Below, piece by piece: positions 10,653-19,213 of a DNA stretch of 64,000 nucleotides. Below the pieces are notes generated by a model, which was given only the letters and a program-made list of their open reading frames with translations, had not been told where the DNA came from and made no database searches. Position 1 is the stretch's first letter. Each line of letters begins with the position of its first letter. The stretch lies in the NCBI RefSeq assembly GCF_988243305.1, contig NZ_OZ547136.1; one strand, 5' to 3'. Both the position numbers and the translations under genes were made by a program.

Positions 10653-11177
10653 TCAGTTTTCCTCTTTTTTCATCTCAATCGCACTGGCGCGGATATGCAC
10701 CAGCAGGCGATAGTGGTGGCCGATACTTTCTACCGGCTCAATTTGTTTCCATTCTGTGGCCTGATCGTCTGAAAAATAGGCAATGACACCGATATAACCG
10801 GTTTTCTCATCCAGCTTGATCGGCGGCAGTGTTTTTACGGTGTCCGGCAACAGGTTGAAGTCCTGGTGATCGATATAGTTCTTCCCCAGCACGTCGGGCA
10901 GCGCGGTGGTGGCAATCTGATCGTAATCGGCGGCCTGGAATTTGGAGTCGTCGCTCAGATACACCAACTGGACATCCACCGGCGCGGCTTCGCCGTCCGC
11001 CGTCAGGTTGCTGTCCGGCTCGGTCAGCAGCGTGACGGTCAGTTCGGTTGACTGCTCCATCAGCTTTCCGACCTGAATATCCGGATTGCGGATCACTTGG
11101 CTGATTTTTTTCGCTGTTTCACAGCCAGTTAACACAACGCTCATCAGAACGCAGGCCAGAAACGCTTTGCCGTTCAT
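10653..11177 (-). CDS. tssJ: T6SS outer-membrane lipoprotein TssJ
   Basis: 174 aa; signal peptide with lipobox LTGC. Confidence 0.85.
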   Translation of the reverse strand: MNGKAFLACVLMSVVLTGCETAKKISQVIRNPDIQVGKLMEQSTELTVTLLTEPDSNLTADGEAAPVDVQLVYLSDDSKFQAADYDQIATTALPDVLGKNYIDHQDFNLLPDTVKTLPPIKLDEKTGYIGVIAYFSDDQATEWKQIEPVESIGHHYRLLVHIRASAIEMKKEEN

Positions 11178-12466
11178 GCTTCCGGCTCCCGCTGTTTTTC
11201 GCGCAGCACTCGGTCATAGACCTGGGCATAAACTTCATTGAACAGCATTTCAAATCCCTGCTGTCGGCTGGAGGCCAGTTCATCGTAATAGTTGCTGTAC
11301 ATCTGCCATGCCCAGGCGTTGTCCATTTTCTGGCGCAGCTCATGGCTGCGGCGGTATTGCGCAAAGCGGCGCATCAGGTTGCCCGGCGAGAAGGCGTCCA
11401 GCATGACACGCAACGCTTCCACAATCGCCGCCCGGTTGGCCTCTTCATGATGCCGGATGTTGCGCAGGCTTTCGGCGATGGCCGCAGGTGCTGCGAGATG
11501 TACCGGGCTTTTACCCTCGGCGAACATGACGTTCAGCGCGGTGGCATAGTCCATATCAAGGCGCAACGGGTTGTCTTCCAGTGGACGCAGGTGTTTATCC
11601 GACAGGCTGTTCTGTTGTTGTTGCAGACTCAGCAATCCCTTAATGGCGGCCTGCAACGCCCGTCCGGCCTCTTCGAGAAACTCATCCGCATCCTGAGAAT
11701 TGTGCAGCGTCAGCGGACACTCCATACCGCGCAGCAGCGGGGTTACGGCCAGGTGGTACTGCGCCATGGCAGAAAATTCATCGCCGTCCTCATGACGGGC
11801 ATTGCCGGGTGGCAGATCCATAAACGGCGTGTTGATCCCGTTTGCACCTGTCAGATCGGAGGCGGTGGCAACGGGCCGGGAAACGCGTGGGGCGATCGGA
11901 TCATCTGCCACCATCAGGCTTTCCGTCTGGAGTGCCTGGAGCGGATCGCTGGAAAAACCGTGCGCCACCGTGGGGGCAAGCTGATGCTGGAACGGCATTC
12001 CCGGATACGCCGGTTGTCCCTCGGTGGTCAACAGGGTGTCCGCCAGACTGTCGCGGTTCATTACAATCGTTTCCGGGGTCGCCATCCGCTCGTCATAGGT
12101 AACAGCTGCACCGTCATGCAGAAACACTTTCAGCGCCAGTGCGCCGAGCTGGATCTCATCCCCCTGGCGCAGGCGGATGAGCGCATCGGAAGAGACCGGG
12201 GCCAGATTAATCATCAGTCCCGGCGTCAGGCACCGCAGGCAATAGGCTCCGTCGTGCCGGATAACGGTACAGGCACGCGCAGCAATGCTTCCCGCCCGGT
12301 CCTGTACCTGCCAGTGACATTCCGGCGTATGGCCAATATCACCGCCGTTTTCGCTGAACAGGCATTTTGCGGCGCGTCCGCTTTCCAGTTCGTTGCCATT
12401 CATCACCTGTAAAGTCAGTGAGGCCTGGCGGGATTGCTGTTTTTCCTCAGCCATAAGTGGTTCCAT
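11174..12466 (-). CDS. tagH: T6SS-associated FHA-domain protein TagH (Fha)
   Basis: N-terminal FHA-like domain (...IGHTPECHWQVQD...CTVIRHDGAYCLRCL...GDEIQLGALALKV); ORF track start 12616 is probably too far upstream; preferred ATG at 12466 (MEPLMAEEKQQ) lies 5 nt from the tssG stop. Confidence 0.8.
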   Translation of the reverse strand: MEPLMAEEKQQSRQASLTLQVMNGNELESGRAAKCLFSENGGDIGHTPECHWQVQDRAGSIAARACTVIRHDGAYCLRCLTPGLMINLAPVSSDALIRLRQGDEIQLGALALKVFLHDGAAVTYDERMATPETIVMNRDSLADTLLTTEGQPAYPGMPFQHQLAPTVAHGFSSDPLQALQTESLMVADDPIAPRVSRPVATASDLTGANGINTPFMDLPPGNARHEDGDEFSAMAQYHLAVTPLLRGMECPLTLHNSQDADEFLEEAGRALQAAIKGLLSLQQQQNSLSDKHLRPLEDNPLRLDMDYATALNVMFAEGKSPVHLAAPAAIAESLRNIRHHEEANRAAIVEALRVMLDAFSPGNLMRRFAQYRRSHELRQKMDNAWAWQMYSNYYDELASSRQQGFEMLFNEVYAQVYDRVLREKQREPEA

Positions 12467-12470
12467 AGAA

Positions 12471-13520
12471 TTATTCCCTGATTCGGATTGTGATGGCGGG
12501 CGGTACTTTCGGCTGACCAATAAAGCTGGTTCTGCCGAGGCGGGAGCTGGCCGGATCGCCAAGGTGCATCCCTTTAGCCTGCTGTGGTGCCAGGCACAGC
12601 CGTAAATCCCAGGCAAACTGGTCGCGCAGAATAAAGGAAAGGAACATGGTCAGCGGCAGGTGATTTTCGCCATCGGGTAAAAATGAGAGATAACGCTCCC
12701 GCGACAGGCCGCCAATCTGCAACAGGAATTTTCCGCTGCGATCCGGCACCCGTGCGCCGAGGGTAAAATTAACGCCGAGTATGGAGCGTCCCGGAATATG
12801 TCCAGCCGTTTTTCCTTTCGGATTACGTACACCCAGCCGGTTCTGGTGTGCCGGATCAATGGCGACTTTACGCAGTTGCCAGCGTTCAATGGTGACATCC
12901 GGCAAATCAAAACAGTGCGACACAAGATTACAGATGACCTCCGGCGCGCGGCCTGGTGTTGCCAGAATTCCGGCGTAGGCCAGCATTTTGCTGTGGTTAA
13001 TGGCAAGCCTGTCACGCACGCTCTGATTACCCAGCCCGACCAGTGCGTACATGCGCTGTGAAAAGGTGTCAGTACCGCCGTTACGAAAGCAGATGTAGTA
13101 GCGGTATTTGCGCCAGGCATGATAGGCAAACTGTGTCCAGCGGTGGCTGAATAGATCGAGAAATTCTTTCAGGCCGTCTTCGTTCTGTGCGGACTCCTGC
13201 GCCATCTGATCCAGATAATAGCCCGGTAGCGGCGACTGGCTGCCGGAAAAACCCAGGAACCGGGTTTGCAGTACATACTGTCCGTTCTGGCTACGGGAAA
13301 GCGCACTCAGGTCCGTACCCGGAAAACCGATACTGGCGTCAGAGCTGAAACGCACGATCTCCCGGGCAGGCTCGGTACGCAGGGAAATGTCCTGGCCCGG
13401 CGTGCCATACCGACGGTACAGCGCCTCCATTAGCACATAGAAATTGCAGTTGCGCACATCCGCCGGTAACGGCGGTTTTGCCGCTATATCAGGGCGTGCT
13501 GGCCCATTTTCTCCTGCCAT
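12471..13520 (-). CDS. tssG: T6SS baseplate protein TssG
   Basis: 349 aa; operon position between tssF and tagH; the 37-nt overlap with tssF means the true start could be the internal ATG at 13430. Confidence 0.8.
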   Translation of the reverse strand: MAGENGPARPDIAAKPPLPADVRNCNFYVLMEALYRRYGTPGQDISLRTEPAREIVRFSSDASIGFPGTDLSALSRSQNGQYVLQTRFLGFSGSQSPLPGYYLDQMAQESAQNEDGLKEFLDLFSHRWTQFAYHAWRKYRYYICFRNGGTDTFSQRMYALVGLGNQSVRDRLAINHSKMLAYAGILATPGRAPEVICNLVSHCFDLPDVTIERWQLRKVAIDPAHQNRLGVRNPKGKTAGHIPGRSILGVNFTLGARVPDRSGKFLLQIGGLSRERYLSFLPDGENHLPLTMFLSFILRDQFAWDLRLCLAPQQAKGMHLGDPASSRLGRTSFIGQPKVPPAITIRIRE

Positions 13521-15343
13521 TCCCAGGACTCCTGACTTTCCGTGTTAATGATTTTCAGACAGTGATACGAATTGATGCTGGCGTAGAGGGCAAAAAAGTG
13601 CGAGAGCACGGTACCCAGAAGATAAATTTCACCTTCGCAGATAAACGGATCGGGACGTATCCACAGCGTGGTCGCCAGCCCGCGAACCGGTACGCCTTTA
13701 AACAACCTGTCAACAGGTTTGGTTTCGAGTTTTTCTATGGCATCCAGTTTCTGGCGTGACAGTCTGGCCCGCTGCGGATGGTGAGCACCCGGCAGGTCGA
13801 AGGTCCGCAGGATCTGGATCAGTGTCTCCCTGTCCAGCAGGGAGAGGTAGTTCAGGTTCATCGCGGAAATCAGCGACCAGTGCATGTCGCCGTCCGTGAC
13901 CGGCCAGAGCGGTTGTGTCGGGCGCGTAACATTATGAAATGAGGCCACCGCCGGGTTTTTGTTGACGGCCACGCAGATATCGCCGGTATGCAGCCGGGCA
14001 GGGATCATACGGTTGGTACAGATTAATGACGTGGTGATCACATCATCATTAAACCGTGAGCTGTCCGGAATGCTGCCGTCCGCATGGACAAAGGCGATGG
14101 AATGTTCAAGCCCATGGTGAAGCAGGGACGTTTTAGTCCGGTGATGCCAGTAGACGACTTCCCGCTGGCGGCTGTACTCCATCTGGTGCTGGAAACTTTC
14201 AAATTCGGGCCAGACACGCACCTGGCTGCCGGGGCTGGAATCAGTCCCTGAAACTTTGATTTTACTGGTGACTGTGCTGACCTGAAAAATGTCATAGGCG
14301 TCCGGATGCTTATGGCTGGCGCGCAGCGGGTATTCCGCCATCCGCCCATCCGGCCTGACGGGTTCCGCATAATGCGTAAACAGGTTAATGGCTGGCGTAC
14401 AGTGCAGACGCAGCGAATCCTGGCGCAGCTTGATGTCGGCAGGTAATGGGCGGTTAAAGTGCAGGCGCAGCGTAAACGCACTCACCGGGAAATCGTCTGG
14501 TAGCGGCGCAACATCGCGCAGATGGAAAAAGAAGAAGGCTTCGGGATAGCAGAAATACTCCTGAAGCACGCGGTAGCCGTTGTGGACATTTTTCGGCCAC
14601 GGCAGCAGGGCATCCTGGTTGTCAAAACCCGCAGCATCCAGCCACAGATCCGGCAGCGGCAGGCTGTGCTCTCCGGCAATCAGTTCCGCATCCATCAGGC
14701 ATTCGCAAAACCACAGATAAAGCTGGTGTCGGGTATAATCGTCTTCATTACCCAGCCAGAACGTGATTTTGTTCAGGTCAAGCATGGCGGGGGAGACATT
14801 GTTATCTGCGGTAAAACTGATATCTATGATGCCTTCTTTCAGACTGCTGGCGTTGCGGGTGTCGAGAATGCGCAGCGGTTGCAGCCAGATATCGCGCGCC
14901 AGCGTGAAATGGCAGGCTACGGAAGAAACGATTTTATCATGATTGTCAGCCAGCACCTTCTGAGCAGCCGGGGAGGACTTTTCTGATCGGCTTCTGATCA
15001 GTTCATTACGGCAGACCTGAACAGGGACTTTTAACTGATCGGTTTTGGGTTCATAGGCAATAACCGTCATGGCCGGAACCGGGCGTAAATAGTTTGCCCA
15101 CAGCATACGGATCAGCCCATGGGTGAATTCGGGAAATTCGTCTTCAAGTTTCTGGCGCAGGCTACCGGACATAAAGGCAAAGGCTTCCATCAGTCGCTCC
15201 ACATCCGGATCACCCTCTTTCTCGGCCAGAAAATGGGCCAGATGCGGTTTTTCCTGCGCCAACAGTTTGCCAAGCTGGCGCAGATAATCCAGTTCTTCGC
15301 GGTAGTAACGTTCTTCAAAAGCCACAGAGATCACTCCACACAA
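13484..15343 (-). CDS. tssF: T6SS baseplate protein TssF
   Basis: 619 aa; N-terminal EERYYREELDYLRQLG motif typical of TssF. Confidence 0.85.
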   Translation of the reverse strand: MCGVISVAFEERYYREELDYLRQLGKLLAQEKPHLAHFLAEKEGDPDVERLMEAFAFMSGSLRQKLEDEFPEFTHGLIRMLWANYLRPVPAMTVIAYEPKTDQLKVPVQVCRNELIRSRSEKSSPAAQKVLADNHDKIVSSVACHFTLARDIWLQPLRILDTRNASSLKEGIIDISFTADNNVSPAMLDLNKITFWLGNEDDYTRHQLYLWFCECLMDAELIAGEHSLPLPDLWLDAAGFDNQDALLPWPKNVHNGYRVLQEYFCYPEAFFFFHLRDVAPLPDDFPVSAFTLRLHFNRPLPADIKLRQDSLRLHCTPAINLFTHYAEPVRPDGRMAEYPLRASHKHPDAYDIFQVSTVTSKIKVSGTDSSPGSQVRVWPEFESFQHQMEYSRQREVVYWHHRTKTSLLHHGLEHSIAFVHADGSIPDSSRFNDDVITTSLICTNRMIPARLHTGDICVAVNKNPAVASFHNVTRPTQPLWPVTDGDMHWSLISAMNLNYLSLLDRETLIQILRTFDLPGAHHPQRARLSRQKLDAIEKLETKPVDRLFKGVPVRGLATTLWIRPDPFICEGEIYLLGTVLSHFFALYASINSYHCLKIINTESQESWEWQEKMGQHALI

Positions 15344-15756
15344 TAGCGTTGATGGTTGTCCAGCAAAATGTCAAATTCAAACACTCCCCTGGTCTCGCTG
15401 ACATCGATCGTAGCCACAATATGAAAACGCAGTTCCACAGGGGCGTATTCATCCGGTGCCGCAGCCGTAACAACAACATCGGTAATACGAGGTTCGTAAT
15501 GTAAAATGCACTGGCTAATGGACTTACGGATTTCTCGTCTGAAATCGCTGGAGGCCAGCGATTCATCATTTAAATCAGTAATCCCCAGCTCCGGTGAGCC
15601 ATAACAACTGCCGGAGCGGGTATTCAGGACCTGTCGCAGGTTACGTCTGATGGAACGTATCAGTGCTTCTTTTGGATTCTGATATGAAGGCGGATTTGCC
15701 GCCTCACGGATACGTTCAAAAAGACTGCCGGTTGGTCCTGAATCCCGTCTTTGCAC
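15331..15756 (-). CDS. tssE: T6SS baseplate protein TssE (gp25-like)
   Basis: 141 aa; gp25/GPW-like small baseplate protein downstream of tssC. Confidence 0.85.
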   Translation of the reverse strand: MQRRDSGPTGSLFERIREAANPPSYQNPKEALIRSIRRNLRQVLNTRSGSCYGSPELGITDLNDESLASSDFRREIRKSISQCILHYEPRITDVVVTAAAPDEYAPVELRFHIVATIDVSETRGVFEFDILLDNHQRYCVE

Positions 15757-15760
15757 CGGA

Positions 15761-17245
15761 TTATTCCTTATCCAGTCGTCCGACCAGGCTCAGGTCGAAA
15801 CTGGCACCCATGTATTTAAAATGCGGTCTGACAGAAATCGCGACCTGGTACCAGCCCGGCTCACCATCCACATCCAGTACCTCGATCTTAGCCTGACGCA
15901 AAGGCCGGTGGCTGCGGACTTCGGCAGGCGGATTTTCCTGGTCAGCAACATACTGGCGAATCCAGGTGTTCAGCTCACGCTCCAGGTCACTACGTTCTTT
16001 CCATGAGCCAAGCTGTTCGCGCTGAATTACCTTGATGTAATGCGCTAACCTGCTGATAACAAACAAGTATGGCAGCTGGGTGCCGAGTTTATAGTTGGTC
16101 TCCGCAGCCTTGCCTTCGGGGGTTTTGGGGAATGTTTTGGGTTTCTGCACCGAGTTGGCCGAGAAAAAGCACGCATTATCAGACCCTTTACGCATGGTCA
16201 GTGTGATAAAGCCCTCTTCCGCCAGCTCATACTCTCTCCGGTCAGTGATCAACACTTCAGTCGGAATTTTTGCCTGCATTTGCCCCATGGATTCATACAG
16301 ATGCACCGGGAGGTCTTTGACTGCGCCGCCGCTGGAAGGGCCAATAATATTTGGGCACCAGCGATACTTAGCAAAACTTTCCGCCAGGTTGGCGGCCAGT
16401 AAAAACGAGGTATTCCCCCACAGATAAGACTCATGACTCTGGCTGACATCTTCATGGTAACGGAAGGTTTTGACAGGGTTTTCATCCGGTGAGTAAGGGT
16501 GGCGCAGCAGGAACCGGGGGGCGGTCAGGCCCAGGTAACGGGAATCTTCCGATTCACGCAGGGCGCGCCAGCGGGAGTAGGCCGGGCCTTCAAAGATGGC
16601 ACCCGGTTCTTTGATCCCCGGTAACTCTGTCCATGAATCCAGACCGAAAAATTCGGATGATACTGACGACAGGAACGGGCTGTGCGCCATCGCGCTGACC
16701 TGGCTGATATATTTCAGCAACTTCATATCCGGCGTGGTGTTCTTAAAGGCAAAGTTGCCGATTACCGCCGCCACTGGCTCACCGCCAAATTGTCCGTAAC
16801 CGCTTGAATATACATGCTTGTAATACGCAGACTGCGTGATTTCAGGTGCAAATTCGAAATCATCCAGCAGTTCTTCCTGAGTGACATTCAGGAAATGGAC
16901 TTTGATGTTTTCCCGTGTATCCGCGCGTTCAACCAGCAGCTTCAGCGAGCGCAGCAGGGATTCCAGTTCCTGAAACTCCGGGGCATGAATAATGGCATCC
17001 ATCTGCCTGCTGGTTCGGGCATCAATATCAGCAATCATGGCGTCAACGGCCAGGATATTGATAGGTTCAGCGCTACTGTCGCCCTGTAACATGGCGGCAA
17101 TAAAGGCGCTCACGCCCTGGCGGGTGATATCGTAGCTTTCTGATTTAGGCTGGACGCGGGTTTGCGCCATGATTTCATCAAGCAGAGATGGGGGCGCGGC
17201 GGTTTGAGACGCGCTGACGGGAGCAATTTCTTCCTTTACTGACAT
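15761..17245 (-). CDS. tssC: T6SS contractile sheath large subunit TssC (VipB)
   Basis: 494 aa; size and sequence character of TssC; follows tssB. Confidence 0.9.
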   Translation of the reverse strand: MSVKEEIAPVSASQTAAPPSLLDEIMAQTRVQPKSESYDITRQGVSAFIAAMLQGDSSAEPINILAVDAMIADIDARTSRQMDAIIHAPEFQELESLLRSLKLLVERADTRENIKVHFLNVTQEELLDDFEFAPEITQSAYYKHVYSSGYGQFGGEPVAAVIGNFAFKNTTPDMKLLKYISQVSAMAHSPFLSSVSSEFFGLDSWTELPGIKEPGAIFEGPAYSRWRALRESEDSRYLGLTAPRFLLRHPYSPDENPVKTFRYHEDVSQSHESYLWGNTSFLLAANLAESFAKYRWCPNIIGPSSGGAVKDLPVHLYESMGQMQAKIPTEVLITDRREYELAEEGFITLTMRKGSDNACFFSANSVQKPKTFPKTPEGKAAETNYKLGTQLPYLFVISRLAHYIKVIQREQLGSWKERSDLERELNTWIRQYVADQENPPAEVRSHRPLRQAKIEVLDVDGEPGWYQVAISVRPHFKYMGASFDLSLVGRLDKE

Positions 17246-17267
17246 ACTGAAAATCCTTCTGTGAAAA

Positions 17268-17771
17268 TTATTTCTGAACGGCGATACCCAGTTCCTGGAT
17301 CAGCTGCTCGCGGCTGTCTTCGTTTTCCAGTAGCGCCTGAAGTTGTGCGCGGAAGGCCGGAATATTGCCTAGTGGAGACTTAAGTGCGACCAGTGCCTCA
17401 CGCAGCTCCAGCAGGCGCTTTATTTCCGGCACCTGACTGGCAATATGGTCAGGAGAAAGGTCATCCATAGATTTGACTTTCAGGTTGACGTACATTTGCT
17501 CATTGGGAGCGTCACTGAGTTCAGCCGGAACAACAAACTCCCGTTCAATGTCAGCTTCTGAAATGACTGCGTTGAGGTTATAGCGGTTGATAGCAATGGC
17601 AGTTCGCTCATCCAACGGCGTGTTATCTGGTTTCCCTTTCAGATTGCCGGTGATCAATAAATTCAGCGGCAATTCGATATCAGCAGCCACCCCATCAACT
17701 TTTGGTGTATACCGAACGCTGATTCTTTCTTTCGGCGCGACACTGCCGCCATTGTTGTTCATTTTGCTCAT
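17268..17771 (-). CDS. tssB: T6SS contractile sheath small subunit TssB (VipA)
   Basis: ORF track 17268..17822 starts at a TTG; preferred start is the ATG at 17771 (MSKMNNNGGSVAPKERISVRY...), giving about 167 aa; first gene of the operon. Confidence 0.85.
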   Translation of the reverse strand: MSKMNNNGGSVAPKERISVRYTPKVDGVAADIELPLNLLITGNLKGKPDNTPLDERTAIAINRYNLNAVISEADIEREFVVPAELSDAPNEQMYVNLKVKSMDDLSPDHIASQVPEIKRLLELREALVALKSPLGNIPAFRAQLQALLENEDSREQLIQELGIAVQK

Positions 17772-18474
17772 AAAAATGTTCCCGTTCAGGCCATGAGCAC
17801 AGCATTTTCGTACTGCATACAAATACCGACAATACCGTTTCAGTGGCAGTTAGATAATGTAACCTTCTTTCTGTTGTGATCGGTATTCTACTCATGAAAT
17901 AAAATATTAAAAGAACTATTTATATTTTTGAAAGAGATGTATCCTTCATTATTAATACATGATAGTGAAATCAATTTTGGTATTTATAGACTTGGTGAAT
18001 ATAATTTTACGGCCAATAAAGTGCAATAACACATTGATTTATATGTGTTTATTAAATTGATTAATAAGTTTTGTGTATGGTTTTATAAATTAGTTAATTG
18101 CTAGCAATACATCATAAGAAATTCCTTTAAGGAATATCTTAATTGCGTGCAGGAACGATGGTGAAGTAAGTGTTGTAATAATTTATTTTTGACGAAACTG
18201 TAGGTTTTTATGGGGATAAGGATACGTTATGGATAATTCTACTGTTGATGTTGATATATTTTTAGCTTATGTGACCGTGTTCTGAAATTGACTAAAAATA
18301 TATTTAAACACCATAAAAGAGTTTTTCGGTAGGTGCTAATTACGTGTGCCTGTAACTCGAATAAAGAAAAGGGTGTGGTTCCTGATGTGAGCCGCATCAC
18401 ACTCTAACCTGTCGGGGATTAACGACGGGTTGTTCGTAAAAACAGCAGTTGATAATTTCACAAGGAGTTCACAA
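17772..18474. promoter_or_regulatory. AT-rich divergent control region between tssB (minus) and hcp (plus)
   Basis: About 700 bp of non-coding, strongly AT-rich DNA between divergent operon starts; contains two short perfect or near-perfect palindromes at 18097-18108 and 18121-18135. Confidence 0.5.
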
Positions 18475-18993
18475 ATGCCAACCCCATGTTACATTTCTAT
18501 TACGGGCCAGACCCAGGGGAACATCACTGCCGGTGCTTTCACCGCGGATTCTGTCGGCAATATCTACGTGCAGGGGCACGAAGATGAAATGCTGGTGCAG
18601 GAGTTTTTGCACAACGTTACTGTTCCAACCGATCCGCAGTCTGGCCAGCCTTCCGGCCAGCGCGCGCACAAACCGTTCATTTTCACCGTGGCGCTGAACA
18701 AAGCCGTTCCGCTGCTGTACAACGCGCTGGCCTCCGGTGAAATGCTGCCGAAAGTGGAGCTGCACTGGTGGCGTACTTCAGTTGAAGGCAAGCAGGAGCA
18801 CTACTTCACCACACGTCTTACTGACGCGACGATTGTGGACATGAACCTGCACATGCCGCACTGCCAGGACCCTGCACAGCGTGAGTTTACGCAATTGCTC
18901 GCAGTATCACTGGCATACCGTAAGGTTGAGTGGGAGCACATCAAATCCGGTACTTCTGGTGCCGATGACTGGCGTGCACCGCTGGAAGCATAA
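18475..18993 (+). CDS. hcp: T6SS inner tube protein Hcp (TssD)
   Basis: ATG at 18475 (MPTPCYISITGQTQGNITAGAF...) preceded by AAGGAG 7 nt upstream; 172 aa; ORF track start 18430 is an upstream TTG. Confidence 0.9.
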   Translation: MPTPCYISITGQTQGNITAGAFTADSVGNIYVQGHEDEMLVQEFLHNVTVPTDPQSGQPSGQRAHKPFIFTVALNKAVPLLYNALASGEMLPKVELHWWRTSVEGKQEHYFTTRLTDATIVDMNLHMPHCQDPAQREFTQLLAVSLAYRKVEWEHIKSGTSGADDWRAPLEA

Positions 18994-19004
18994 ATCTGAG
19001 TCAA

Positions 19005-19038
19005 CAACATCCTGCCTTCGTGCAGGATGTTGTTTTTG
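19005..19038 (+). terminator. Rho-independent terminator/attenuator between hcp and vgrG
   Basis: 11-bp perfect stem (CAACATCCTGC / GCAGGATGTTG) with a 6-nt loop, followed by TTTTT, 12 nt after the hcp stop. Confidence 0.6.
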
Positions 19039-19213
19039 TACGTGTAAAAAATGAGTGTCAGTAAGGAGTTACGCTTTCATGAGGGAGATGGCGGATGCCG
19101 GAAACCCGGGCGGTAGCGTACCTGAAAATGTAAAGATGAGTGTAACGCTGCACTGGCACCCTTTGCTGCATGGTGAGAATCATTTGGTCCGTGAATAAAT
19201 CAGGGGGGTCATT

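Noticed and set aside
11342-12412. 356-aa plus-strand ORF opposite tagH
   Set aside because: Antisense to the FHA-domain gene; Arg/Gly/His-rich low-complexity translation typical of spurious reverse-frame ORFs.
19151-19170. Possible sigma-54 promoter (TGGCACCCTTTGCTGCA) upstream of vgrG
   Set aside because: The GG to GC spacing is 8 or 11 nt rather than the required 10; no enhancer-binding-protein gene is in the cluster.
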